This document shows, piece after piece, positions 1 through 9,015 of a DNA stretch of 27,945 nucleotides. Source of the stretch: Candidatus Cloacimonadota bacterium (GTDB lineage Bacteria > Cloacimonadota > Cloacimonadia > Cloacimonadales > WRIO01); NCBI GenBank assembly GCA_029564175.1, contig JAKQQL010000039.1, forward strand, positions 1 to 27,945, read 5' to 3'. The position numbers and the translations under genes were made by a program. The notes beneath the pieces are model-generated. The model did not search any database, was not told the origin of the DNA, and saw only the letters and a list, made by a program, of their open reading frames with translations. Every line of letters starts with the position of its first letter. Position 1 is the stretch's first letter.

Positions 1-54
1 TATGAAGATAAAATCGTTGAAGCAGAATTGTATCAAAATAAAGAAATTGCATAA
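1..54 (+). CDS. 3' end of an upstream CDS (partial, ...YEDKIVEAELYQNKEIA*)
   Basis: Frame 1 is open from base 1 to TAA at 52-54 with protein-like codons. Too short to identify. Confidence 0.45.
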   Translation, partial: YEDKIVEAELYQNKEIA

Positions 55-156
55 CATACTTAAAATATGAAAGTTATCATGATAGTGTGTCTGTTTTTAA
101 ATAAATTTATCAAGGACTTACATGTCGGAAAGATGAGTTATTATTGAATATAATTG

Positions 157-1923
157 TCAAATCTCTTCGCAGTAAGCCAGCTCCCAGCCGTGAAAGACGA
201 CAATCACTTTTTTCAGGCTGACCATCCCGTAAGGTGGCAAACCCAGCATTTGGCGTTCATATTCATCTTCTGCATATTGACCAAGCTGTTTTGAAGCTTC
301 ATTAATCTTTTGTTGCAGGGCTTTTTCCAGATCATTGTCTTTTATACTTCGGGGTATGTACTTGAGCTCAATCAGATAAGCAAATTTGATATCTTTGTAT
401 TTAATGTAAAAGGGCTTCATGATCAGGTCAGCATAGCCTTTGTTCATCTCTTCTTCGGATGCTGAGATATAGAAGTCATAGATGTTTAAGTAAGAAAGGT
501 AAAACGCTTTTACAAAAGCTTCTCCGTCAATAAAGTCTCTTAGCGAACTTTGCTTTTTAATTTGGTTTTCTACAAATCCAAATGCAGGTTTAAAGTTTCC
601 AAAATAAGCCATATCTCTTACCAAAAGTAGTAATTCATACATTTCAACTGAATATCCGTAAGCATTTTCAAAGGAGCGTCTGATATATTCAAATACCATT
701 TGCTTAATCGTTTCATTGGGGATATGCAGAAATGGTAACCCATATAAATATCGTCCTGAAAAACTAAGTAAGCCAAAAAAGTAAAGGAGTGAGATAAAAT
801 TATCCTGTTGGGTAATTTGATCAAATGGAAAGCTTTTCTTAATCTCAGAGGGGATTCCTCCGTTATTGATAATTTCTGTCAGGCGTTTGAAGTTGCCATT
901 AAGGGCTTTATCCTGAATGATAAGATATTGCAATTTGCCATAGTCCATACGGAGGTTGTCGTCAATGAGATTATCTGGTATCTTTTTAGAACGGATGGAC
1001 TTGTTTACAAAATATAAAATTGCATCAGAGTTGTGAACACTTTCAGTTGCTTCGGTTGAGAAAATGTAATTATCATACCATTTTTTGATAATAGTTTTGG
1101 CTTCTACTTTGTCAATCTTTAGCTCTCCAACAGAGATATAATAGTCTAAAATATCACTAATATCATTTTCTGTAAAACCTAACAAATCATTAAAGGCAAG
1201 GTCAGTCGATATATTATCCCCAATATTAAACCCACTGGTAACATCATCCATCGTTACAGGAGAAACTCCGGTTATGAACATTCTGGCAAGACCTGAACCT
1301 GTGCCAGAAGTGAGTAATTTCAGATTGGTAAAAAATTGCTTAAAATAGCCTGCCTGACGCGTGATTCTTTTGTACTCTCCCTCACCAAAATCCGTGAGTA
1401 AGGTGTTGGTAAAATTGTCATATTCATCTATGAAAAGGTAGATTTTATATGGTTCTTCAGCCAGCTCAGTTGAGATAATGTGTAATTTATCATGAGCTGT
1501 ATTAACTAAAGCTATTTTTTCATGAAGTCTTTGAGGCAGATAATCTCTGTATTTATAAATAAATTTATCCAATACGATCAGGCAGTATTTGTTAAAATCA
1601 TCCTGTACTTTGTCTTTATCTTTCAAAACGGCAGAGAAATTAAAATATAAGGCTAAGTATTTTCCTCTTTCATCTGTTGGATTGTTAAGAATCCAGGTTT
1701 CTCTGAAAAGTTCTTCAAAGCGGTCTTTATATTTAAGATCATAGTATGATTGCAATGTACTTAAAAAAAGAGATTTACCAAAACGTCTGGGTCTGATGAG
1801 AAAGACATATTTTGTTTTCTCAATTTCGGGGATAAACATTGTCTTATCGACATAGTATTCGCTTTTACTGTTAACCACTTCAAAATCACTAACGCCATAA
1901 GGAATTCTCTTTATCTTTTCCAT
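157..1923 (-). CDS. AAA-ATPase-like protein with C-terminal PD-(D/E)XK nuclease domain (AAA-ATPase_like + DUF1703/PDDEXK_9 type)
   Basis: N-terminal IPYGVSDF..YYVDKT, Walker A-like RPRRFGKS, Walker B LFIDEYD, FITGVSP, C-terminal GYADL...LIELKY nuclease motif; AAGGAG RBS. Confidence 0.9.
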   Translation of the reverse strand: MEKIKRIPYGVSDFEVVNSKSEYYVDKTMFIPEIEKTKYVFLIRPRRFGKSLFLSTLQSYYDLKYKDRFEELFRETWILNNPTDERGKYLALYFNFSAVLKDKDKVQDDFNKYCLIVLDKFIYKYRDYLPQRLHEKIALVNTAHDKLHIISTELAEEPYKIYLFIDEYDNFTNTLLTDFGEGEYKRITRQAGYFKQFFTNLKLLTSGTGSGLARMFITGVSPVTMDDVTSGFNIGDNISTDLAFNDLLGFTENDISDILDYYISVGELKIDKVEAKTIIKKWYDNYIFSTEATESVHNSDAILYFVNKSIRSKKIPDNLIDDNLRMDYGKLQYLIIQDKALNGNFKRLTEIINNGGIPSEIKKSFPFDQITQQDNFISLLYFFGLLSFSGRYLYGLPFLHIPNETIKQMVFEYIRRSFENAYGYSVEMYELLLLVRDMAYFGNFKPAFGFVENQIKKQSSLRDFIDGEAFVKAFYLSYLNIYDFYISASEEEMNKGYADLIMKPFYIKYKDIKFAYLIELKYIPRSIKDNDLEKALQQKINEASKQLGQYAEDEYERQMLGLPPYGMVSLKKVIVVFHGWELAYCEEI

Positions 1924-1939
1924 AATCTCTCCTTAGGAC

Positions 1940-1968
1940 ATTATTACAAATAATCAAAATATTGTCAA
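1940..1968 (-). promoter_or_regulatory. sigma70-type promoter for the AAA-ATPase/nuclease gene
   Basis: Minus strand TTGACA (1968-1963), 17-nt spacer, AATAAT (1945-1940), just upstream of the RBS. Confidence 0.55.
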
Positions 1969-2194
1969 GCAGGAATGCAGGTATAAATGTTGAGCGCTTT
2001 GAATTAGAAAGGAAAAGATTTTTAGACACGGATTACGCTGATTTTAAGGATTTTATGTTTTGAACTAGCTCCAAAAAAGGCATAAGAACGAAGTCTTTTT
2101 TAAAATAGACTTTAACTTCATCTGTTTTTAGTTTTAAACAAGACATTAACGACTAATTCAAAACTCTCATGTTAGATATTTTTCCTATTACCTC

Positions 2195-2345
2195 TCTCTT
2201 TCAAACTTGCTTCTATCCTCCTTCATTCTTCTTCCGTTTCTATTTGAAAAACACGTTTACAAGACTTTAAGCAAGAAGTGAGTAAGAATCAGTCAGCAGA
2301 TTAAAAATGAGTTTTCTACAGGATAGATAAGAGAATCAAAAGAGA
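2195..2345. other. Putative structured non-coding element, copy A
   Basis: C/T-rich arm followed by G/A-rich arm; stems TCTCTTT(2195-2201)/AAAGAGA(2339-2345) and TCTATCCT(2212-2219)/AGGATAGA(2320-2327); motif 2314-2345 is 27/32 identical to 24554-24585. Confidence 0.5.
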
Positions 2346-2561
2346 TTTGTATAGATTTTAAAGAAGAAGTGAATCGTATAACATCAATCAATACAGTAAG
2401 TTTTAGGGTGTTCATTGTATAAAATTATGAATAATTAAGAAACTCTCAAATGTAATGTTATTTACTTAAGAATTGCCACGAAATCTTAAAAGTTATTCTT
2501 TCAATTTGACAAAAAGAAGCTGTTTTGAAACTTTAAAACAAAAGGCTAAAAGAAAGAGATT

Positions 2562-5039
2562 ATGTATTATTATCATATCGCATTGGCAGTTAATATCAAT
2601 ATCGATCTGACATACAGTTCAGACAGCAGACTGAAACCTGGAATACGGGTAATAGTCAGTATGGGTCGTCAGATTATGACCGGAATCGTGTGGCAGGAAA
2701 TTCCTGAAAATGAGATTAAACCCTCTGTTCGTTACAAAAAAATCATTGAAGTCGTAGATGCCGAACCAGCTGTAAATGACGATCTGATTGAGCTGACCAG
2801 GTGGATGAGTACCTATTACCGTGTAAATCCAGGAATAATTCTCGATACCATGTTGCCGATGTCGATGAATCTTCAGGTTCAGTTACAATTACGTTTAAAG
2901 CAAGAAATAGAAGAATCTGAGCTTGTGAAAATACTGCAAACAGAGAAACCTGCTTATCAGGAAGAATTTCAAGCTGTCTGTCAGATTATCAGCACTTTAA
3001 AAGAATATAAAAAAAACGGTCAGCTTACCTGTATTAACAAAACAGATGACGAATGGATGGATATTAACGAGCTGAGAAAAAAAGTAAAAATAGATCATTT
3101 TTTTTACTGGTCGGAGTGGCTTGAAGAACGGCAGATAATTGAAGTGTTGCGTCAGTTTGATGAAAAGGTCAAAGCAAAAACAGCTAATTTTATCATACTG
3201 AAGTCTTCAGATTCAAATGATATCCCTAAACTAACAGACAAACAACAGGAAGCGTATGATATAATTACTTCGTTTGGAAATGATTTTCCTCTGGCTAAAG
3301 TAGCGGAGGCAATCTCTTACAGCATCATTAAGGCTTTGAGACAAAAAGGTCTCATAGAAATTATACCTAAAAAGATACAGGATGACCCTTATCCTTTCCC
3401 TTCTGAACGGAAAACAAGACATATTATTTTAACTCAACAGCAAAAAGATGCGATTAACCTCATATTACCCGATGTGATAAATCAGGTCTTTAAACCTTAT
3501 CTGATTTTTGGTATTACCGGCAGTGGTAAGACGGAAATCTATATCGAACTGATTATGGAAGCCTTAAAAAAGGGGAAAAATGTACTGATGCTGGTACCAG
3601 AAATATCACTAACGCCACAGATGGTTGAAAAATTCTACCATGTATTTGGCGAAGATATCGCAGTATTGCACAGCAGTTTAAATGACAGACAGCGTTTTAA
3701 TCAGTGGAAAAAAATCAAAAGCCGACAATGCCGGATTGTTATTGGTGCCAGAAGTGCAATATTTGCACCCTTATCTGATATTGGGCTGATTATCGTGGAT
3801 GAAGAACATGAAACCAGCTACAAACAGGATAACCGACCTGCTTATCAGGGCAGGGATGTGGCTGTTATGAGAGCGAAGATCAATGATTGTGTTTGTGTTC
3901 TCGGTAGTGCGACCCCATCTCTGGAAAGCTGGCATAATGCCCAGTCTGGTAAATATGAACTCTGTACTCTGAATGAAAGACCTTATACGGCAAAATTGCC
4001 CAAAGTACATATTGTTGACATGAAAGAAGAAGCACCACAAACACTTATCTCTGATTATCTGAGAGATAAAATACTTGAATGTCTGGAACGAAAAGAACAA
4101 ATTATTCTGTTTCAAAACAGACGGGGCTATTCATCATTTATTCAGTGCCTGAAATGTGGAGAATTGTTTAAATGTTCAGAATGTGATATCAGTATGAACT
4201 ATCATAAAAACGATGATGAATTAGTCTGTCACTATTGTGGTAAAAAAGAAAGATCCCCACGAAAATGCCCCACATGCGGATCTTACCTCTTTTCCTACGG
4301 TTCAGCAGGTACTGAACAAATTGAAACCTGGCTGAAAATGACTTTTCCGGAAGCCCGAATCCTGCGAATGGATAGCGATACTTCCAAGAAAAAGGATGCC
4401 TATGAATCTATGTTTCACTCGATGAGAAAAGGGCATATCGATATTTTGCTGGGCACTCAGATGATATCCAAAGGGCTTGACTTTCCCAATGTAACATTGG
4501 TTGGTGTGGTTTCTGCAGAAGTAACGCTCAATGTGCCAGACTTCCGCTCCGCTGAGCGTACTTTTCAATTGATGACTCAGGTCGCCGGGCGTTCAGGAAG
4601 AGGGGAGAAGGCTGGTGAAGTGGTCATTCAAACCTATAATCCTCAGCATTACAGTTTAGTATTTTCTTCCAGACAGGATTTTGTTCCCTTTGCCGAGCAG
4701 GAACTCAGTAACCGGCATGAATTGCTCTACCCACCCTGGTCCAGAATGGCAAGAATTCTGATTAGTTCTGTGGATTTGCAACAATTAGAGAAAGATATTC
4801 AGTTTAATAAGCCAATTTTAAACGAACTTAAACAGAAATACCTGTCTGAAGAAGTTAGAATGTTAGGCTTCACACCTGCTCCATTGCCAAAGATTAACAA
4901 CCGATACCGTTTCCATCTGGTGATTAAAGCCCCTGCTGTGGCTATTATGCGGGTTGTATTAGAAGAAATGGAGGAGAAAATGAAGTTTCATAGTAAGGTA
5001 AAAGTCAATCTGGATGTCGATCCGGTAACACTGCTTTAA
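2562..5039 (+). CDS. priA: Primosomal protein N' (replication restart helicase)
   Basis: GITGSGKTE Walker A, LVPEISLTPQ, DEEH, CxxC zinc cluster, GTQMISKGLDFPNV, QVAGRSGR, C-terminal DVDP; TTGACA at 2506-2511 upstream. Confidence 0.97.
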   Translation: MYYYHIALAVNINIDLTYSSDSRLKPGIRVIVSMGRQIMTGIVWQEIPENEIKPSVRYKKIIEVVDAEPAVNDDLIELTRWMSTYYRVNPGIILDTMLPMSMNLQVQLQLRLKQEIEESELVKILQTEKPAYQEEFQAVCQIISTLKEYKKNGQLTCINKTDDEWMDINELRKKVKIDHFFYWSEWLEERQIIEVLRQFDEKVKAKTANFIILKSSDSNDIPKLTDKQQEAYDIITSFGNDFPLAKVAEAISYSIIKALRQKGLIEIIPKKIQDDPYPFPSERKTRHIILTQQQKDAINLILPDVINQVFKPYLIFGITGSGKTEIYIELIMEALKKGKNVLMLVPEISLTPQMVEKFYHVFGEDIAVLHSSLNDRQRFNQWKKIKSRQCRIVIGARSAIFAPLSDIGLIIVDEEHETSYKQDNRPAYQGRDVAVMRAKINDCVCVLGSATPSLESWHNAQSGKYELCTLNERPYTAKLPKVHIVDMKEEAPQTLISDYLRDKILECLERKEQIILFQNRRGYSSFIQCLKCGELFKCSECDISMNYHKNDDELVCHYCGKKERSPRKCPTCGSYLFSYGSAGTEQIETWLKMTFPEARILRMDSDTSKKKDAYESMFHSMRKGHIDILLGTQMISKGLDFPNVTLVGVVSAEVTLNVPDFRSAERTFQLMTQVAGRSGRGEKAGEVVIQTYNPQHYSLVFSSRQDFVPFAEQELSNRHELLYPPWSRMARILISSVDLQQLEKDIQFNKPILNELKQKYLSEEVRMLGFTPAPLPKINNRYRFHLVIKAPAVAIMRVVLEEMEEKMKFHSKVKVNLDVDPVTLL

Positions 5040-5416
5040 ACGGATTGATTACTCTTTACAGTCAAAGATAAAACAGAAGATAACAGATTCTGCATTTTTT
5101 AATTTGATTTAAAATAATTATGACAATAAGTAGATCAATAATTATAATGGCTTTCAAGGAAAAATAAAAAACAAAACTGGTCAGCAGATGAACCCAATGA
5201 ATTTATTGAGATCGAAGGTATTACGATTGAAATCTGGAAACTCTGTAACGGAGAATGCTAGATTAAATAGTCAAAGTGTAAGCCATTTTCTGATGAATCA
5301 TCTGCTCATTAAAAGCCATATAAAAGCGCATCTTTCTTTTATTTAAAAAAACACTTGATTTAAAAATCAGGACTATATAAATTGGCAATCATTAAACAAA
5401 GCATAAGGAGTTTAAC

Positions 5417-6421
5417 ATGGCTTTCAACTTAAGAAATCGTCATTTCCTCACATTAATGGACTTCAGTCCAAAAGAAATCAAATACTTATTAGACTTATCC
5501 GCTGATTTAAAAAAAGCAAAATATGCAGGTACAGAACAACCAATGTTAAAAGGTAAGAACATTGCGCTTATCTTTGAAAAAGATTCTACTCGTACCCGTT
5601 GTGCTTTTGAAGTTGCTGCGCTTGATCAGGGTGCTCATGTGACTTATCTCGGACCATCCGGAAGCCAGTTTGGCAGTAAAGAATCTGTAAAAGATACTGC
5701 TCGTGTTTTAGGTCGTATGTATGATGGAATCGAATATCGCGGTTTTGCTCAGTCTATCGTTGAAGAACTGGCTGAATATGCAGGCGTACCTGTTTGGAAT
5801 GGTTTAACAACTGAAGATCATCCAACTCAGATTTTAGCTGACTTCTTAACCATTATGGAACATATCAACAAACCATTAAATGAAGTGGTTTTTGCTTATG
5901 CGGGTGACGGCCGTAATAACATGGCAAATGCATTGATGATCGGTGCAGTTAAAATGGGTATGGATTTCAGAATCGTTGCGCCTAATACATTGTTCCCTGA
6001 AGCTGAATTAGTTGCTAAATGCCAGGAAGTTGCTAACGAAACCGGTGCAAAAATCACTTTAACCGATGATATTGCTATTGGCGTTAAAGACTGTGATGCA
6101 ATCTATACTGATGTATGGGTATCAATGGGTGAACCAGATCATGTATGGGAAGAAAGAATCAAATTGTTAACTCCATATCAGGTTAACAGAAAAATGATGG
6201 ATTTAACCGGTAAAAAAGAAACGATCTTTATGCATTGCTTACCTGCTTTCCACAATGATGAAACAAAAATTGGAAAGCAAATCAAAGAAAAATTCGGTAT
6301 CCCTGAAATGGAAGTGACTGAAGAAGTATTTGAATCAAAACAATCCGTTGTCTTTGATGAAGCTGAAAACAGAATGCATACCATCAAAGCAGTTATGGTT
6401 GCTACCTTAGGCAGTAAATAG
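5417..6421 (+). CDS. argF: Ornithine carbamoyltransferase (ArgF/ArcB)
   Basis: STRTR carbamoyl-phosphate motif, HPTQ, DVWVSMG ornithine loop, HCLP, AENRMH; AAGGAG RBS. Confidence 0.96.
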   Translation: MAFNLRNRHFLTLMDFSPKEIKYLLDLSADLKKAKYAGTEQPMLKGKNIALIFEKDSTRTRCAFEVAALDQGAHVTYLGPSGSQFGSKESVKDTARVLGRMYDGIEYRGFAQSIVEELAEYAGVPVWNGLTTEDHPTQILADFLTIMEHINKPLNEVVFAYAGDGRNNMANALMIGAVKMGMDFRIVAPNTLFPEAELVAKCQEVANETGAKITLTDDIAIGVKDCDAIYTDVWVSMGEPDHVWEERIKLLTPYQVNRKMMDLTGKKETIFMHCLPAFHNDETKIGKQIKEKFGIPEMEVTEEVFESKQSVVFDEAENRMHTIKAVMVATLGSK

Positions 6422-6436
6422 TTATTCTCTGATAAA

Positions 6437-6468
6437 AAAATAAGCCTCTCGCAAGAGAGGCTTATTTT
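6437..6468. terminator. Bidirectional intrinsic terminator
   Basis: Perfect stem AAAATAAGCCTCTC / GAGAGGCTTATTTT with a GCAA loop, between convergent genes. Confidence 0.85.
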
Positions 6469-6498
6469 AGTATTATATGACATATTCTTCAATTACGC

Positions 6499-7208
6499 TT
6501 ACATCAGTTTCCAGTGATTGGAGAATTTCAATAAAGTTTCGTTTAATATCTTTTTTCCAAAGAATGAAGCCTCAACATTGGTTTTAACCATGGTACTGTG
6601 CCAGATTAAGTTATCTTTATCTAGAGAATAGTGATTTTCAATATTGAGAGACTTGACAAACATTGGAAGTTTTTTAAAGGTAAAATCAATCATCAGCGGT
6701 GCACCGCATTCTTCTTCCAGCCAGGCAATCCCCTTGTAAATCAATTCTTTGCCTTTTTCATCTTTACCTTTGTATTCAAAATCAAAGCCTTTGCATATAA
6801 AACCATTGATATTTTTCTTTTGATTTGTCGCTTTAACTTTTATCTTCTTAGGGTCAGTCGTCAGAAAAATACCTTCTTTTTTTTTGGTTTAAAATCTTGT
6901 TCTTTAATTTTATCCAATTCTTTTAATTCTTCCGGATTAAGCGCTTTATTGTTTTTCTTAGCACTAATAATCACTGTTTCAATGTCGTCTTTTCCCTTTT
7001 TCTGATGTTTAAGCTCAACAAGAACAATCATATTATCTTCTTTGTCTTTAGGATTCTTCATATCGGATTGATATAATGTTTTGCCTGGTACAAACTGATT
7101 ATTTTTCCTGGCGATATTCACAGCATTAAGCCAAAGTGGGTCAATCCCTTGTGCAAAAGAGATTACAGTTGTTATCATGAATACTGTGAAAATGAGAATA
7201 CGTTTCAT
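6499..7208 (-). pseudogene. Exported hypothetical protein gene interrupted by a frameshift at an A9 tract (ORFs 6861-7226 and 6499-6744 are parts of one gene)
   Basis: Signal peptide MKRILIFTVFMITTVISFA-Q from ATG 7208. The frame stops just after a 9-nt A run (T9 at 6877-6885 on +). One extra A gives an uninterrupted frame KPKKKEGIFLTTDPKKIKVKAT...ELIYKGIAWLEEE...HWKLM* ending at 6499. Confidence 0.75.
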
Positions 7209-7427
7209 ATAGCGCCTGCCTTTCATTTTTAGAATATTAGAAATGCAATTGTTATACCATATTAAACTGGAAAGAAATGAGTGATTCGTAAACTCACATT
7301 TTTCAGGCAGATGTTGTAATTTTTTGTCTGATTGATTATTATTCTTTTTTTAAAAAGTAGAAGCATCTTTAAAAAACTTAATAAAATATAGGTTTAAAAG
7401 TTTTTTTCAAAATTTAAAAAATAGTAA

Positions 7428-7454
7428 TTGACAAAAAAAGCGCCTAAGTATTCT
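7428..7454 (+). promoter_or_regulatory. Probable rpsT promoter
   Basis: Perfect TTGACA at 7428-7433 after an AT-rich UP-like tract. The best -10 candidate, TATTCT at 7449-7454, has short (15-nt) spacing. Confidence 0.45.
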
Positions 7455-7495
7455 TTTACCTTAAATTTATAAAAAAATGGAGGAACAATTCAATT

Positions 7496-7774
7496 ATGCC
7501 ATGTCATAAGTCACCAATCAAACGTTTAAGACAAAATGCAAAACGTCTTGCACGTAACAACTATGTAAAAAGCACTTTAAAAACACTTTCTAAAAAAATG
7601 CATTCAGACATTTCAATAGAAGAAAAATCACAGTTATTGGAAAAAGTTTATTCTCAGCTTGACAAAGCAGCAAAAAAAGGTATCATTCATCCACGCACCG
7701 CTTCCAGACGTAAATCTCGTATCGCTTTATATTTTAATAAAGAAACCGTTACTCAGGAAAATACTCAGGCATAA
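7496..7774 (+). CDS. rpsT: 30S ribosomal protein S20
   Basis: KSPIKRLRQNAKRLARN...LDKAAKKGIIHPRTASRRKSR signature; GGAGG RBS. Confidence 0.96.
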   Translation: MPCHKSPIKRLRQNAKRLARNNYVKSTLKTLSKKMHSDISIEEKSQLLEKVYSQLDKAAKKGIIHPRTASRRKSRIALYFNKETVTQENTQA

Positions 7775-7792
7775 TGTCTTAAAATAAAATTT

Positions 7793-7820
7793 TACCCCTC
7801 ATTCAGAGGGGTATCTTTTT
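7793..7820 (+). terminator. Intrinsic terminator after rpsT
   Basis: TACCCCTC-ATTCA-GAGGGGTA hairpin followed by a T-rich tail. Confidence 0.75.
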
Positions 7821-7934
7821 ATTGCTATCGATTTTAATTATCCTGTGCCTCTCTGATTTTAAGGTGTTGATTTAGGCAGAAGTCATGTAAATCTGCTTAA
7901 ATCTACCCCTCAATAAACAATTAAAGGATTGGTT

Positions 7935-8861
7935 ATGTTAAATCTGTTTAAATCATTAAAAGAAAAGTTAGCAAAAACCAGAAACAGTTTTGTCGGAAAA
8001 ATTGCTGAAGCTTTGAGTCTTAGAACAAAAGTTGATGAAGAATTGATGGAAGATCTCGAAGAAATTTTGATACAGGCTGATGTCGGAGCTGAACTGTCTA
8101 TGGAAATTATCGAAAAATTGAGAGTAAGCTTACGCCTTAATAACGTTACAGAAGCATCTGAAGTACAACAATATATAGAAAAAATTATTCATGATATCAT
8201 GATGGAAGATTATGAAAATTTTGATAAACCATTTCATTTTGAAGCAAATAAACCTTCTATCGTCCTGATAGTGGGAGTAAATGGTACTGGTAAAACAACT
8301 ACAATTGGCAAGTTTGCCAATAAATTGAAAAAAGAAGGTAAAAAGGTGATGCTGATTGCAGCTGATACTTTCAGAGCTGCTGCTATCGAACAGTTAACAA
8401 TATGGGCAGAACGCTCATCAATACCTATCTTCAAGACACAACACGGTGCAGACCCCTCATCGGTTGTCTATGATGGTTTAAATTATGCCACAAAACACGA
8501 TATTGATGTCGTATTGATTGACACAGCTGGCAGACAACACAATAAAGTTAATCTAATGAATGAATTGGCAAAAATACACAGAACGATACAGAAAATCTAT
8601 CCTGAAGCACCTCATGAGACCCTGTTGGTTGTTGATGCTACTACAGGCCAAAACGCAATTTCTCAGGCTAAATTTTTTAATGAAGCTACAAAACTCACTG
8701 GTTTAGTTCTTTCAAAGTTAGATGGCACAGCAAAAGGGGGGATTGTCATTAGTATCAAACGGCAACTAAACATTCCTGTTAAACTGGTAGGCGTAGGAGA
8801 AGCGATTGAAGATCTGAGAGATTTTGATCCTCAGGATTTTTCAAATGCCTTATTTCAGTAA
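7935..8861 (+). CDS. ftsY: Signal recognition particle receptor FtsY (short form without acidic A-domain)
   Basis: GVNGTGKTTT, ADTFRAAA, DTAGR, DATTGQNA, KLDGTAKGG, GVGE. ATG 7935 is preferred over TTG 7929. Confidence 0.97.
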   Translation: MLNLFKSLKEKLAKTRNSFVGKIAEALSLRTKVDEELMEDLEEILIQADVGAELSMEIIEKLRVSLRLNNVTEASEVQQYIEKIIHDIMMEDYENFDKPFHFEANKPSIVLIVGVNGTGKTTTIGKFANKLKKEGKKVMLIAADTFRAAAIEQLTIWAERSSIPIFKTQHGADPSSVVYDGLNYATKHDIDVVLIDTAGRQHNKVNLMNELAKIHRTIQKIYPEAPHETLLVVDATTGQNAISQAKFFNEATKLTGLVLSKLDGTAKGGIVISIKRQLNIPVKLVGVGEAIEDLRDFDPQDFSNALFQ

Positions 8862-8883
8862 ATTACTCTTTATCAGATAAACA

Positions 8884-8918
8884 AAAAAAACTGCTGACTA
8901 TTGGTCAGCAGTTTTTTT
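8884..8918 (+). terminator. Intrinsic terminator after ftsY
   Basis: A7-CTGCTGAC-TATTG-GTCAGCAG-T7. Confidence 0.85.
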
Positions 8919-9015
8919 AATTGTATTGATAATTTTAAAAAATATGAAGTTGATTTAAAAAAGTACTTGAATTTTTACATAAATATAAGTATCGTAATTT
9001 TAAAGTGAGGGGTGA

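Noticed and set aside
2195..2345. Retron msr-msd or 6S RNA identity for the non-coding element
   Set aside because: No reverse transcriptase is in the window and I cannot identify the diagnostic motifs. Left unassigned.
5147..5427. ATGGCTTTCAA occurring at 5147 and at the argF start (5417)
   Set aside because: An 11-bp match with no extension; the upstream copy stops after six codons. Likely chance.
6631..7005. 124-aa plus-strand ORF
   Set aside because: Phe-rich antisense shadow of the Lys-rich frameshifted minus-strand gene.
7830..7920. SRP (4.5S) RNA next to ftsY
   Set aside because: The conserved CAGG...GNRA...AGCAG domain IV motif is absent.
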